Part shown: piece by piece, positions 30,167 to 41,252 of the stretch | How positions within the stretch are numbered: the first letter of the stretch is position 1 | Layout of the letters: every line of letters starts with the position of its first letter | Assembly (NCBI GenBank): GCA_039815185.1 | Contig: JBCBZT010000026.1 | Location: 44,205 to 108,204, forward strand | DNA length: 64,000 nt | Source: Cyanobacteria bacterium P01_A01_bin.123 | GTDB taxonomy: Bacteria > Cyanobacteriota > Cyanobacteriia > Phormidesmidales > Phormidesmidaceae | Reading direction: 5' to 3' | The notes under the pieces: generated by a model | Database searches by the model: none | What the model saw: only the letters and a program-made list of their open reading frames with translations | What the model was told of the DNA's origin: nothing | Translations under genes and position numbers: made by a program

Positions 30167-31192
30167 TTAGGTGACTTGAAATCTTTCCCCAACAGTCAAT
30201 CGACTGCCGTTGGCAAAATCCCAACCCGACTGAGCACCCTTACCGCTAGGTTTGACGGTTTGCAACAGCAGTAATCCATCCCCCGTTTGGACGACTGGAC
30301 CATAGTGCTTGAGTATCGCCACAATCGCCCCTAATTCAATCTGTTCGTCTCCCTGATCCATAATTTCCGCTTGGACAAGAATGGCCAACTCATGCCAATC
30401 AGCGGGGCAGCTATCCCGCAATAATGGGTCTGAAAGCACTCTAATGGGAATGGTGGCGGTGATTTTAATCGGCTCTCCGCGAAATTGGGTCGTGCAGTTG
30501 GGGTAAAAACCTCGCACTTGATTGTGCAGCGCGATCGCGCTTTTTCGCCAATCTAAAGCGTAATCTTCTTTTTTAATTAGCGGCGCATAGGTGGCGATCG
30601 CATCTTCTTGAGGCATGGGTTCTAAGGTGCCCTGTGCCAATTTCTGCAAGGTTTCTACTAACAAATCGGCACTCATAGAAGCAAGGGACTGGGCCAGATC
30701 CCAGGCGTGACTTTCCCACCCAATCGACAGGGTCGATTTGAGCAGCATTGCCCCGGTATCCATACCTGCATCCATCAGCATAGTGGTGACCCCCGTTTCC
30801 ATCTCGCCGTGGTAGAGACACCACTGAATTGGCGCAGCCCCTCGATAGGCTGGCAATAATGAACCATGGGCATTGATGCAACCCAGGCGAGGCATGTCTA
30901 GGATGAGTTGAGACAAAATCTGACCATAGGCCACTACGACAAAGGCATCAGCCTCAAGGCGATCAAGTTGATCTAGGGTTTCTGCGTCTTGCTTGATCCG
31001 CTTGGGTTGCCACACCGGGCAATCTGCCGCCAACGCGATCGCTTTCACGGGTGACGGGCTCACCTGCTTCCCCCGTCCCCGTCGCTTGTCAGGTTGAGTC
31101 ACCACTGCCGCCACTTCAAAATCGGGATGGGCCAGCAGCGCTTCTAAACTAGGAACGGCGAATTGGGGAGTACCGAAGAAGACGATGCGCAT
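30167..31192 (-). CDS. fmt: Methionyl-tRNA formyltransferase
   Basis: [42 protein letters not shown]. Confidence 0.97.
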   Translation of the reverse strand: MRIVFFGTPQFAVPSLEALLAHPDFEVAAVVTQPDKRRGRGKQVSPSPVKAIALAADCPVWQPKRIKQDAETLDQLDRLEADAFVVVAYGQILSQLILDMPRLGCINAHGSLLPAYRGAAPIQWCLYHGEMETGVTTMLMDAGMDTGAMLLKSTLSIGWESHAWDLAQSLASMSADLLVETLQKLAQGTLEPMPQEDAIATYAPLIKKEDYALDWRKSAIALHNQVRGFYPNCTTQFRGEPIKITATIPIRVLSDPLLRDSCPADWHELAILVQAEIMDQGDEQIELGAIVAILKHYGPVVQTGDGLLLLQTVKPSGKGAQSGWDFANGSRLTVGERFQVT

Positions 31193-31194
31193 GG

Positions 31195-31665
31195 CTAGAT
31201 GCCAAATTCTTGTAGGGCAGGTTCAAAGTTATTATTTTCGTGGCTGGGGCGGCTTAATTTGATCAGGGCAAAGCGTTGGGGGGGCGTCAGCGATCGCCAT
31301 TGCGCCAAAACCAAGCTTGCCCCAACCTGTTCGACTCGGGCCTGCACCATTTCTGGAATCTGGTCGCTGTTGTGCCAAGGGGGATGGGGGTCGACGGACA
31401 ATTCTCCAGCAGGTTTCCCTGTGTAGTGCGTGACGAGTTGTTGGAGTTGTGTGCGATAGGCGTCTGCCTCTGAAGGATTTTCACAGGGCAACGCGACAAA
31501 CCGCTGTCGTTCTTCCTGAGTAAATTGATGCCAATGGGCCAATTTCAGCTTCACCCCACAGGTATCAAGCTTCATCCGTACCTGCATTGGGATACAGCGT
31601 AGTGACTCGACAAAATCTGCCTCAAACTGAAAAAACGATCCCACGGCCTCCACCTCCACTGACAC
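31195..31665 (-). CDS. Nitrate reductase-associated protein (cyanobacterial NarM-like)
   Basis: [27 protein letters not shown] and [18 protein letters not shown] motifs. Confidence 0.85.
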   Translation of the reverse strand: MSVEVEAVGSFFQFEADFVESLRCIPMQVRMKLDTCGVKLKLAHWHQFTQEERQRFVALPCENPSEADAYRTQLQQLVTHYTGKPAGELSVDPHPPWHNSDQIPEMVQARVEQVGASLVLAQWRSLTPPQRFALIKLSRPSHENNNFEPALQEFGI

Positions 31666-31734
31666 CCGTCGCCACCTTACGAGCCTTTCAACTTCTAATT
31701 CCGCTCATCTTCCCATCTCCCTTGACCCCACGCC

Positions 31735-32784
31735 TTACCGCACAAACGCAGGCATCACTTCCGCTGCGGTATATAACCCATACAGCCCCCGACGGTGAAA
31801 TTGAATACCGGCTTTGAGGTAGCCAAAAGCCGGACCGCAGACGTTAGCGGCCATGCTAGTTTCATCCCCCAGAGTAAAGGTATGGGTGGAAATTTTGCCT
31901 TCGAAGGTGCGACCGGTCACTTTTACATTGGTGCTAAGGGGTTTTTTAGGGTTGCGGGTATCGACAATGCCTCCAACGGTGACCCGATCGCGATCGCAGA
32001 TCCCTGCCAACTCCAACATCAGATCGTCGGCATGCTCCATGTTTTCAAGGGCCAAAATACCGTTGGTCTGATCGAGTAAAGCCTCTACTTCAGCGTCGGT
32101 CATATCGCGGGCTTTATCGACGTCAAAACCTGGCATATGGGCAATGTCTTCGCGGATAGTGGCGCGGTATGCTTCCCAGTTAGCAATGCCGACGCCAAAG
32201 GTAATTGCAACACTGTGGATTTCAGCGTAGCTTTGGGCAGCTACCGCCGCCGCCGCCGTCAATAGTCCAGGCGTCGCTCCGCACCCCGTCATATAAGTAA
32301 TGCCAGCGCGCTGCAAATCTGCTTTCAGTTCAAAAATCTGAGCCATGGCGCTGGTACGCTTCAGGGCATCTACCAACACACCTCGCCAACCCGCTGCAAT
32401 AAACTGCTTCACCACTGAGGCCATGAAGGTATTGGGTAAATTGGGCAACGCCAAAAAGTAGCCCTCTACGCCTTGGGTTTGGGCAATTAAGTCAGCAATG
32501 CTGTCCAAGCTCAGACACCCACTATCGACTAGATGCCCGAGGGAGCCTTGCTTCTGGTATGCCTGAGTACAAGCTTTTAAGTCCAAACCGTCTGCGGAAT
32601 AGACATAGCCTTGTTTATCTGCTGCTGCCACCCATTGCATCTCTTGCTTGGGTGCCAATACCTGAGCAGCAGCTTGGCCTAGCCCTCCAAATCCCAAAAC
32701 CCCCACAGCGATGGGGTTGGTAGCATGCCCTAGCAACGATGACTGGGGAATAGTTCGAGTGGAATGGGATGGCGTCGTGGTCAT
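31735..32784 (-). CDS. bioU: Biotin biosynthesis enzyme BioU (dehydrogenase-like)
   Basis: GFGGLG Rossmann motif, ALPNLPN, DALKRTS lysine motif, GCGATPG, EHADD, SMAANV. Confidence 0.85.
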   Translation of the reverse strand: MTTTPSHSTRTIPQSSLLGHATNPIAVGVLGFGGLGQAAAQVLAPKQEMQWVAAADKQGYVYSADGLDLKACTQAYQKQGSLGHLVDSGCLSLDSIADLIAQTQGVEGYFLALPNLPNTFMASVVKQFIAAGWRGVLVDALKRTSAMAQIFELKADLQRAGITYMTGCGATPGLLTAAAAVAAQSYAEIHSVAITFGVGIANWEAYRATIREDIAHMPGFDVDKARDMTDAEVEALLDQTNGILALENMEHADDLMLELAGICDRDRVTVGGIVDTRNPKKPLSTNVKVTGRTFEGKISTHTFTLGDETSMAANVCGPAFGYLKAGIQFHRRGLYGLYTAAEVMPAFVR

Positions 32785-33266
32785 GGTCAATGCCTCAAGC
32801 AAAACTCTATCTAACTAAACAAGTAACAACCGCCCCAATACCCAGTATTTTCTTTGGACATTGTGCGGTTATGAGCCCTATTGCTGCCCTAGCGAAGCGG
32901 TTTAGCCATACTGGAAACCTTCAGCAATGTGGCCAAAGCTCTATTACTTTAGAGCTTTTCTTACCCAGGAATCGAGGGTTTGAACAAACCCTGGAAGAAA
33001 ATCCAACAACAACCGCATCAGAAACCCAACTTCGTGCACTAGAAGATTGTTGTAATTTGTAATGAAGGCCGCGATCGCGCAAAGTCTTTCCATCGGCCTT
33101 TCCTAGGGGTTCAGATCAGACCAAAGGCGCTTGACGCTCTTCAAAAGTTACGCGACACTAACATCTAACCGAGGTATTCACTCGCCCGGTCAATAACATT
33201 CATGTATATTCTTGTTGAATCCTGATCGAATCTTTGACGAGTGCTAAGCCTTACTCAACGTAAATC

Positions 33267-33482
33267 ATGGAAACACTGGAGTTCGTAATCTATCCTGACG
33301 GTCGAGTTAAAGAGCTTGTAACAGGGATCGTAGGGGTTTCCTGCGCTGAAGTAACTGCTGCCATCGAAGCAGAGTTGGGTCAGGTGATGGCTCAAGAAAA
33401 AACGTCCGATTATTATGCTCAGTCTGCGCAGCAGGCCAATGAATCTGCGGCACAGACTCAGATTTCTTTTAGCCAGTGGTAG
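33267..33482 (+). CDS. DUF2997 family protein
   Basis: METLEFVIYPDGRVKE.V.GIVG.SC.EVT; conserved position before ycf35. Confidence 0.88.
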   Translation: METLEFVIYPDGRVKELVTGIVGVSCAEVTAAIEAELGQVMAQEKTSDYYAQSAQQANESAAQTQISFSQW

Positions 33483-33518
33483 TTTTTTGTCCCTTTAGAT
33501 CAATTCATACGTATTAAC

Positions 33519-33911
33519 ATGTCTCACTTTAGCCAGATCAAAACAAAAATCCGTAACCTCGATTCTTTGCAGCTGGCGCTCTCTGATGTTGGAGCTGATT
33601 GGAAAGCAGGGCCTCAACCGGTTAGAGGCTACCAGGGACAAACTCAGACTGCTGATGTGGTTATCGAGCAAGAGAACGGCTACGACATCGGGTTTCGACT
33701 CAATCCTGAAACGAAGGACTATGAGTTGGTCGCTGATTTGCAGTATTGGCAACAGCCTTTATCAGTAGATGGTTTTGTCAATCGAGTCACCCAGCGTTAT
33801 GCATACCACACTGTGCTCACCCAAACGTCCCATCAGGGATTCCAAGTTTCTGAGCAACAGCAAAACGCAGATGGTTCTATTCGGTTGGTGCTGCAACGCT
33901 GGAACGGTTGA
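33519..33911 (+). CDS. ycf35: DUF1257/Ycf35 family protein
   Basis: MSHFSQIKT, DIGF, ELVADLQYWQQ, QRYAY. Confidence 0.9.
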   Translation: MSHFSQIKTKIRNLDSLQLALSDVGADWKAGPQPVRGYQGQTQTADVVIEQENGYDIGFRLNPETKDYELVADLQYWQQPLSVDGFVNRVTQRYAYHTVLTQTSHQGFQVSEQQQNADGSIRLVLQRWNG

Positions 33912-33913
33912 TT

Positions 33914-34387
33914 ATGGATAACCCAGACCTCTTCTCAGAACCATTTAACCCAGCGTCATCTGGTGGGGAGCAGACGGGACTGGAGCCTGAATTAGGGGGG
34001 CCGCTACGAGGTCATGAGTCTCGCAGCGGCCTTGAACCCGAGCTAGGTGGCCTGCTGCGTCAGCAAGGCGTTTATGTTGACGAATTGACATGTATCGGAT
34101 GCCGTCACTGCGCCCATGTGGCACGCAATACGTTTTATATCGAGCCAGACTATGGTCGGGCGCGAGTGGTTCGGCAAGATGGCGATTCAGAGGATCGAAT
34201 CCAGGAAGCGATTGATACCTGTCCGGTGGATTGCATTCATTGGCTCGACTACACCGAATTGCAAAGCCTAGAGGAAGAGCGCAAGTATCAGGTGATTCCA
34301 GTTGCCGGCTTTCCGGTGGATAAGGCTATGGCAATCGCCAGGCAAAGGCGTTTGAAAAAGAAGCGCCAGCCCAAGTCTGATGCATGA
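33914..34387 (+). CDS. Fe-S ferredoxin (Fer4_13 type) with N-terminal EPELGG repeats
   Basis: CIGCRHC and CPVDCIHW motifs. Confidence 0.9.
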   Translation: MDNPDLFSEPFNPASSGGEQTGLEPELGGPLRGHESRSGLEPELGGLLRQQGVYVDELTCIGCRHCAHVARNTFYIEPDYGRARVVRQDGDSEDRIQEAIDTCPVDCIHWLDYTELQSLEEERKYQVIPVAGFPVDKAMAIARQRRLKKKRQPKSDA

Positions 34388-34429
34388 AAATAGCCTGCAT
34401 TTAAGTCAATTAAATGCAGGCTATTTTTT
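34387..34429. terminator. Bidirectional terminator between convergent genes
   Basis: AAAATAGCCTGCATTTAA-gtcaa-TTAAATGCAGGCTATTTT perfect inverted repeat. Confidence 0.85.
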
Positions 34430-34464
34430 GAGCCAAATCCGTCACTCTAAAATCACTAGAGCTT

Positions 34465-35352
34465 CTAGATTTCAGCTACGGCCCGTTCTATCAATCGCCG
34501 TGCCAGGGTTTGTACTCCAGTATGTTCATAGTAGTTGGTGGTCATATCTAAGAATGCACCAAAGTAATCGAGCTTATCATCGGTTACGTCAATGAACTTC
34601 TGGACGTTCTTGGCGACTTTTTCCTGGGTCAGTCCTTTTGATTCCACAAAGTCGCCCATCCAGTCTTTAGTAGAGTTGAAGCTGGCTTCGATAAAGTTCA
34701 GCTTGTCGTTGGCATTGTTGCCAGGGAGTCGCCCCTTGAGTTTCTTAAAAGCGCCGTTGTCTTCCAAATCTTTTGGTGTCAGTCGGCCCAAGGTGGTTTG
34801 GGCAAGGCGTAGGAAATTTGGCCCGAGGGGCACCAAGCCATCAAAGGAAACTAGGGCCGCCATGCGAATCAAGGATTCACCGCTGTAGTCTCCCAATGCC
34901 CGGACGAAATCTTTGAGGCTATCTCCGGGTAACCCATTGATGTGGCAAAAGGCCACCACTTCAGTCACCAGCTTGAGACAGAGATCGATGGTTTGGGCCT
35001 TTTCGGGTTTGGGCGTCATTTTGTTGAGGAAGCCCAAGAAGGAAACATTTTCACCAATCTTGTTAGCTAAGGCCGCGGTTCCCAGGGCACTGCCAGTGCT
35101 ATCAATGGTTTGGTACAGCCACAGGGCCCGCTGATACCCTTCGGATTTATCGTTGAACAGTTTGATCGCCCGCGCGCCAACTTGCTCAATCAGTTTGTCA
35201 TCGGTTTCGCGGGTAACGGCACGAATGGTTTGCTCAAACCCGACCAGATTGTCCCACTCGCCAGGCAGGGCGAAATCCAGCGATCGCAGCGCATAGACCG
35301 TTAAATTTTTAGTGGGCAAGTCATCGACGAGTTGATAAATAGATTTGCTCAT
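34465..35352 (-). CDS. Conserved hypothetical protein
   Basis: 295-aa ORF with helical-looking sequence, apparently in an operon with the upstream lipoprotein. Confidence 0.8.
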   Translation of the reverse strand: MSKSIYQLVDDLPTKNLTVYALRSLDFALPGEWDNLVGFEQTIRAVTRETDDKLIEQVGARAIKLFNDKSEGYQRALWLYQTIDSTGSALGTAALANKIGENVSFLGFLNKMTPKPEKAQTIDLCLKLVTEVVAFCHINGLPGDSLKDFVRALGDYSGESLIRMAALVSFDGLVPLGPNFLRLAQTTLGRLTPKDLEDNGAFKKLKGRLPGNNANDKLNFIEASFNSTKDWMGDFVESKGLTQEKVAKNVQKFIDVTDDKLDYFGAFLDMTTNYYEHTGVQTLARRLIERAVAEI

Positions 35353-35408
35353 GGATTTAGAGGGAAGAGGGAATAGATGATGTCAGATCCTGAGGTGAGA
35401 CCTGGCAG

Positions 35409-35936
35409 TTACTGAACCAGGGACTCCAATCCGGCAAGATCGAATTTTTCGATCCAAGCTTCGCGATCTTCGATAGTGAAGCTGTCGGCACGGGAGAGGA
35501 CTTTGACTTGTAGGCGATCGCCGACCAAAACCCCTGTCGCGGTGCTGCCTGTGTTAGCTGCGGGATATCCACCAATAGTCAGCGCGCTGTTGCGGTATTT
35601 CTCAGCGGCAGTAGGGTTAGCGGCAGTGTCAGAAACTGAGAGCATGGCCAGGTCTTCGCCGTCTTGCTTTAGCTTGGCTTCGGCGAAGCCAGATTTCTCC
35701 TGGGTGTAGATTCGTTGAAAGCCATCACCTTCGGGGGGAAAAAACTGATTAAACGCTGACCCAGAGAGTGGTTCGACTGACTCAACGCCAGATTCAACGG
35801 CAACCTGCTCTTGCTGTTGCCCAGTTTCTTCAACGGCTTCCCAACGGGATGCAGTCTTAGTACTACAGGCACTAAGCAGCAGCAACGTAGCTAAGCAAAA
35901 GGCTGAGAGGAAACGAAAAGAACGCTGCATCATCAT
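35409..35936 (-). CDS. Hypothetical lipoprotein
   Basis: Lipobox LSAC; QEKSGFAEAKLK and QVKVLSR motifs; GGAG RBS. Confidence 0.8.
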   Translation of the reverse strand: MMMQRSFRFLSAFCLATLLLLSACSTKTASRWEAVEETGQQQEQVAVESGVESVEPLSGSAFNQFFPPEGDGFQRIYTQEKSGFAEAKLKQDGEDLAMLSVSDTAANPTAAEKYRNSALTIGGYPAANTGSTATGVLVGDRLQVKVLSRADSFTIEDREAWIEKFDLAGLESLVQ

Positions 35937-36279
35937 GGGATCTACTCCATTCCATCAAAGCGAACGTCTCCAATCCAAAAGTAGAGATTAGTCTGATTTG
36001 GATCCGTCACCGACCAAACCATACTGTTTTTTAGCCCGGGATTGGAGAAATTGATAGATTTCTTTCTTGGGCGATCGCAGAACCCTTTCGCTGCTCAATG
36101 GCTGCTTTATCACTGGATTGGGGAAATATGCCGAATCCAGCTCAGGATGTGGCATTTTCCTACAAGCAAAACGCCAGGTCTCTATTTGGACAAGGTTTAA
36201 ACAACAGATTTGCCCAAAAGTGTAATTTTTGAGCCTGTCCAGCCCATAATGGGGACGACGATTTAGATAGCGAATCACA

Positions 36280-36534
36280 ATGCCAAGAACACCCAGTGAA
36301 TACGTCGTTCACTTACTGTTTGAAGGAGGGCATCGAGAAGAGGTGCGTTTTGCCACTATTCAAGAATTTCAGAAGTGGTACAGCAATGATTTCACACCTA
36401 AGGCAGCCTCCAACGACTTTATCAGTGTCCCTATTCCCAAAATTAATCCGGGAGAATATATGGTCGTTCGCCCATCCAAGATTATTGGTATCCGCGTGGA
36501 ACCCGTCTTTAGTTCTAGCGTCGAACGGTATTAG
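36280..36534 (+). CDS. Conserved small cyanobacterial hypothetical protein
   Basis: GGHREEVRF..IQEFQKWY and GEYMVVRPS..IRVEP motifs. Confidence 0.75.
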   Translation: MPRTPSEYVVHLLFEGGHREEVRFATIQEFQKWYSNDFTPKAASNDFISVPIPKINPGEYMVVRPSKIIGIRVEPVFSSSVERY

Positions 36535-36684
36535 TTTTGAAGTGCAGGCATCAGAAGCCAGTTGTATGCTGACTTTTGACGTAGAGGTACTTCCTGCTTT
36601 AAGTAGCCAAAATCGCTAAGGAAAATTGTGTTGGGGTTGATTGACAAGCCGTTTGGGTTGGGTCGAGTACGCTGTCTTAGACTG

Positions 36685-37866
36685 ATGCGTCCGCTCCTGA
36701 TGTTTGTTTTGGGGTTGGGGCTAGCGTTTGGGATGACGGTTTCGGTGACTGCTTCTGCCGTGCTCCAACCCGTGTCTTATCCGCCGTCCGATCAGCAAAA
36801 TTTGGCAGTTCCCTTGGGTTATGATCCGCAAATTTTTGGGCATGATTCGTTCTCCGCTGATCGGCCTGCATTGGTTGAGGCAATTGATCATAGCTTGGGC
36901 TATCTCAACACACCAGTTGCCGGTCAGGCTTATCGTGACTATCCGGTGGCGAGCATTACCCGCGATCGCGTCCGACGCAGTTTGATTCGATTTCGTGAAC
37001 TGTTACGCGAAACTGACGATGCGGAGGCATTGCGGGTAGCTGTCGCTGAGGATTTTGAGTTTTATCGCACCATCGGCAATGACGACCAGGGTACTGTTGC
37101 CTTTACGGGATATTTTGAACCCACCTATGGGGCGAGTCGCGTTCGCACGGACACCTATCGCTACCCGCTTTATCGCGTCCCGCCCACTTTAGATCGTTGG
37201 GCAAGTCCCCACCCGACTCGCATTGAATTAGAAGGTGCTGATGGATTGCAGGCTAACCAAGGGCCACTGCGGGGGCTAGAGCTCGTGTGGCTGCGCGATC
37301 GCTTAGAAGCTTTCTTAGTGCAGGTTCAGGGATCAGCGCGGTTACAGTTAACCGATGGCAGTGTCATGAGCGTGGGCTACGCAGGCCGTACTGACTATGC
37401 TTACACCAGCATTGGCCGCCAACTGATCGACGACGGCAAAATCAGAGAAGAAGATTTGTCGTTACCTGTGCTGCTCGACTATTTTCGAGCGCATCCCGAC
37501 GCATTGAATGTTTACTTGCCCCGCAACCAGCGATTTGTTTTTTTTCGAGCAACCAATGGTGCCCCGCCAACCGGATCTTTAGGGGTACCGGTCACCGCAG
37601 GTCGCTCCATCGCCACCGATAAAACAGTAATGCCCCCAGGGGCCCTGGCGCTAATTAGCCTCTCCATGCCAATGCAGGACTGTTCAGGCACGTGGGGCAG
37701 TGAATCCGTCAACCGCTACGTGCTCGATCAAGATACTGGCGGGGCAATTCGCGGCCCTGGCCGGGTAGATTTGTTTGTGGGCACGGGTATCGAGGCGGGC
37801 GAGCAGGCTGGATTAATCAACACCAACGGCACACTCTATTATCTGCTCCTGAAAGATGAAGGGTGA
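36685..37866 (+). CDS. mltA: Lytic murein transglycosylase A
   Basis: FTGYFEP, VQGS, NQRFVFF, SIATD and QDTGGAIRGPGRVDLFVG. Start uncertain. Confidence 0.92.
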   Translation: MRPLLMFVLGLGLAFGMTVSVTASAVLQPVSYPPSDQQNLAVPLGYDPQIFGHDSFSADRPALVEAIDHSLGYLNTPVAGQAYRDYPVASITRDRVRRSLIRFRELLRETDDAEALRVAVAEDFEFYRTIGNDDQGTVAFTGYFEPTYGASRVRTDTYRYPLYRVPPTLDRWASPHPTRIELEGADGLQANQGPLRGLELVWLRDRLEAFLVQVQGSARLQLTDGSVMSVGYAGRTDYAYTSIGRQLIDDGKIREEDLSLPVLLDYFRAHPDALNVYLPRNQRFVFFRATNGAPPTGSLGVPVTAGRSIATDKTVMPPGALALISLSMPMQDCSGTWGSESVNRYVLDQDTGGAIRGPGRVDLFVGTGIEAGEQAGLINTNGTLYYLLLKDEG

Positions 37867-38146
37867 TGTGGGATCACGGTGCGATCGCCCTTGCAAACCC
37901 CGCACAGATTGCCACAGTGAAATGCTGGTAGACTAGGTAAAATAACTTAAAAGTCTCCTATTTATCATCATTGATCACCTTGACCTGCTAGGCGGACGCG
38001 TTAACCTGGGGAAAGTCAGTAGTTAATCATTGTTAATATCAACTGGATACCTAGCGCAACGATTTTGAATCCTCTGCCATCGATTTCAGTTCAGAACTCT
38101 GGGTTCCATGGGGAATCTGCGGTTGCTGCTATCCGCTGAGATGCCT

Positions 38147-40177
38147 ATGGATACTCCCTTTGAGATTACTCTGCAAATTGTATTAACTGTAGTATCGGGT
38201 ATCAGCGCCCAGGTCATTGCAGAACGGCTCAAAGTACCCAGCATTATCTTTTTGTTGGCCTTCGGCATTTTGCTGGGGCGGGATGTTCTGGGCATCCTGC
38301 ATCCAGAAGTTCTGGGAATTGGGCTTGAGGTGATTGTCGCCCTTTGCGTAGCCTTAATCTTGTTTGAAGGGGGCTTAAGCCTTGAGCTCAAGGAACTGGG
38401 GCGAGTTTCAGGTAGCTTACGGAATCTGGTGACCTTCGGCATTTTCGTCACGCTCATTGGCGGGGGTATGGCTGCCCATTGGCTGGGGGAATTCCCTTGG
38501 CCCATTGCTTTTCTCTATGCGTCGTTGGTGGTCGTCACCGGCCCCACGGTGATTAACCCACTGTTACGCCAGGTCAAGGTCGATCGCAAGGTTTCGACTC
38601 TGCTAGAGGGAGAAGGGGTGCTGATTGACCCCGTGGGCGCAATTTTGGCCGTGGTGGTACTCGATGTAATTCTCAACGGTGATGCCGATCCGCTAGCGGT
38701 GATAGGGGGGCTAGTTGTGCGTTTGGGCACCGGCGTCCTGATTGGCGGCGTTGGCGGCGCCTTGTTGGGCTTCTTCCTAAAACGAGCCGACTTTTTGACT
38801 GAAGAACTGCGTAACTTAGTCGTGCTGGCAGGCCTTTGGGGATTGTTTGGGCTGGCCCAAACAATCCAAGATGAGTCGGGGTTGATGACGGCAGTAGTCG
38901 CAGGTATTGTAGTGCGATCGCTCTCAGTTCCTGATGAACGGCTTTTGCGACGGTTCAAGGGGCAGTTGACCATTCTGGCCGTGTCGGTGCTGTTTGTGCT
39001 GTTGGCAGCTGACTTGTCCATTGCCAGTGTGTTTGCCTTGGGGCAAGGTGCACTACTGACGGTATTGGTGCTGATGTTTGTGGTGCGCCCGTTCAACATT
39101 GCCCTGTGCACCTGGAACAGTGACTTAAATTGGCGACAAAAAATCTTCCTCAGCTGGGTCGCGCCGCGCGGTATTGTATCAGCCTCTGTGGCCTCTTTGT
39201 TTGCGATTTTGTTGACCGAACGGGGCATCAACGGGGGCGACGCCATTAAGGCCCTGGTGTTTCTCACGATTTTGCTGACAGTGGCCTCCCAAGGCTTAAC
39301 GGCGGGCCGCATGGCTAAACTCTTGGGTATTACTTCCAACCAAGCCACCGGTGTGGTGATTGTCGGGTGCAGTCCGCTAAGTTTGCTAATTGCCCGTTTG
39401 TTTCGCGATCGCGGTGAATCAGTCGTGCTCATCGACACTAACGCCGACGCCTGCGAAGATGCCATCCAAGCCGATTTTCGCGTATTTGTCAGCAGTGCTC
39501 TCGAAGCCGACGTTTTGGAAGAGGCAGGTCTAGACTCGACAGGCACTTTTTTGGCAATCACCAATAATGGCGAGGTCAACGCTGTTGTCGCCCAGCGAGC
39601 GATGGAAGAATTTCAACCCCCCCGAGTGTTAGCGGTGTTTCCCAAGGGTAAAGCCGTTGAGAAGGGCCAAGACGAAACTGCCAGCACTGCCGCCTCTAAA
39701 ACCACCAAAATAAAACGGGCTTTAGTGCCCCAACTCCCTCTTAAAACCTGGAATACCCATCTCACCGATCGCGAAGTGAAACTCGGGGAAACCCGACTGC
39801 GCCGAGAAGGTTTTTTGTTTCAGCAAGCCCATCTTAGGGCACTCATTCGCAGTAACGAGTTAGTGCCGCTGTTGCTGATTCGCGAAGAACGGCTGCAAAT
39901 TGTGGCCGCCAGTGACGATTGGCAAGCCGGCGATCGCATTATTTACCTGCTCCATGACCCCAAACCCAAACTGCTGAAGCGGCTTTCCGGTTCGAGCAAC
40001 GCCGAGCTGACCATCGAAAAACTACCTGCGGTGGAAGAGGTTCCCATGCCTATCCCGACCCAAACACCGCCACCGCCGCCACCACCCGATACGCCAGCAG
40101 GCCCAACTCAACCCAGTCCAAACGGCAAAGGCCCCAACATACCGAAAGTCGACTCACCCAAAGCCAACCCTGCCTGA
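38147..40177 (+). CDS. CPA1 (NhaP-type) cation:proton antiporter with TrkA-N/RCK domain and Pro-rich tail
   Basis: ILFEGGL, VTGPTV, LEGEGVLID, APRGIVSA; cytoplasmic VVIVG Rossmann-like domain. Confidence 0.9.
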   Translation: MDTPFEITLQIVLTVVSGISAQVIAERLKVPSIIFLLAFGILLGRDVLGILHPEVLGIGLEVIVALCVALILFEGGLSLELKELGRVSGSLRNLVTFGIFVTLIGGGMAAHWLGEFPWPIAFLYASLVVVTGPTVINPLLRQVKVDRKVSTLLEGEGVLIDPVGAILAVVVLDVILNGDADPLAVIGGLVVRLGTGVLIGGVGGALLGFFLKRADFLTEELRNLVVLAGLWGLFGLAQTIQDESGLMTAVVAGIVVRSLSVPDERLLRRFKGQLTILAVSVLFVLLAADLSIASVFALGQGALLTVLVLMFVVRPFNIALCTWNSDLNWRQKIFLSWVAPRGIVSASVASLFAILLTERGINGGDAIKALVFLTILLTVASQGLTAGRMAKLLGITSNQATGVVIVGCSPLSLLIARLFRDRGESVVLIDTNADACEDAIQADFRVFVSSALEADVLEEAGLDSTGTFLAITNNGEVNAVVAQRAMEEFQPPRVLAVFPKGKAVEKGQDETASTAASKTTKIKRALVPQLPLKTWNTHLTDREVKLGETRLRREGFLFQQAHLRALIRSNELVPLLLIREERLQIVAASDDWQAGDRIIYLLHDPKPKLLKRLSGSSNAELTIEKLPAVEEVPMPIPTQTPPPPPPPDTPAGPTQPSPNGKGPNIPKVDSPKANPA

Positions 40178-40225
40178 GAAGCATCAGGGGCAAAGGGCGA
40201 GAGCGTCAGGGGCAAAATCTCGGTT

Positions 40226-40996
40226 TCACGGAGACATCTGGGCAAAGTTCATGCGGCTGAGGAATGCCCGCAAGCGATCGCTATTCGGATGAATCAACAC
40301 TTCACGGGGATCGCCTTCTTCTTCAACCTGTCCCTTATTTAGAAACATCACTCGGTTTGCAACATCCCTGGCAAACTGCATTTCGTGGGTCACCACCACC
40401 ATGGTCATGCCCTCCTCTGCGAGTTGCTGCATCACCATGAGCACTTCACCCACCAGTTCTGGATCTAAGGCACTCGTGGGTTCATCAAACAAGATTACAT
40501 CGGGCTTCATACAAAGCGCACGGGCGATCGCCACCCGTTGTTTTTGTCCCCCAGATAGCTGATCGGGATAGGCATAAGCTTTTTCTGAGAGCCCCACTTT
40601 GTTAAGGAAAAAGAGGGCGCTTTCCCGGCTCTCTTTTTTGGAGCATTTCAACACTTTTTGCGGTGCCAAGCAAAGGTTTTCAACCACCGTCATGTGGGGA
40701 AACAAATTGAACTGCTGAAATACCATCCCCACTTTGGCCCGCAGCTGTAACAAATTCCGACGGCTTAGATCGGGCTTCGATAAATCCAGCCCATTGACAA
40801 TCAGCTGTCCACCGTTGATCACCTCCAGCCGATTGAAACAGCGTAGCAGCGTGCTCTTGCCGCACCCAGAGGAACCAATAATAGAAACCACTTCCCCCCG
40901 GTTAATTTGACCGCTGATGCCCCGCAATACCTGAAGTGTGCCAAAGTTCTTCTGAAGATTGCGAAATAAGATGGCGGGCATATCGGTCTGCATCAT
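40226..40996 (-). CDS. Polar amino-acid ABC transporter ATP-binding protein (BgtA/GlnQ-like)
   Basis: [27 protein letters not shown]. Confidence 0.93.
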   Translation of the reverse strand: MMQTDMPAILFRNLQKNFGTLQVLRGISGQINRGEVVSIIGSSGCGKSTLLRCFNRLEVINGGQLIVNGLDLSKPDLSRRNLLQLRAKVGMVFQQFNLFPHMTVVENLCLAPQKVLKCSKKESRESALFFLNKVGLSEKAYAYPDQLSGGQKQRVAIARALCMKPDVILFDEPTSALDPELVGEVLMVMQQLAEEGMTMVVVTHEMQFARDVANRVMFLNKGQVEEEGDPREVLIHPNSDRLRAFLSRMNFAQMSP

Positions 40997-41252
40997 TACC
41001 TGCTTGAAAATGCTGAATTGTGGACGTCAGCATATCATCTCGCCTAAGGCTTAGCAGTATCCGCTTTAGCTTTCCTCATGGATTGGGGTTGGGGGTTGTT
41101 GTGCTTCATACAGTCTCTCAACAAAGATTTTGTATACTGGAATGCTTAGACCCAATATCAAATTGGCGTTATGGCATCGAATTCTGCCATAACGTCCCAA
41201 GCGAGAGGTATCTGGGCCTTGTGTGGTGAACTTTAGAACACTTGAACCCCCC

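Noticed and set aside
38515..39579. 354-aa minus-strand ORF
   Set aside because: Fully antisense to the cation:proton antiporter, with no recognisable motifs; a shadow ORF.
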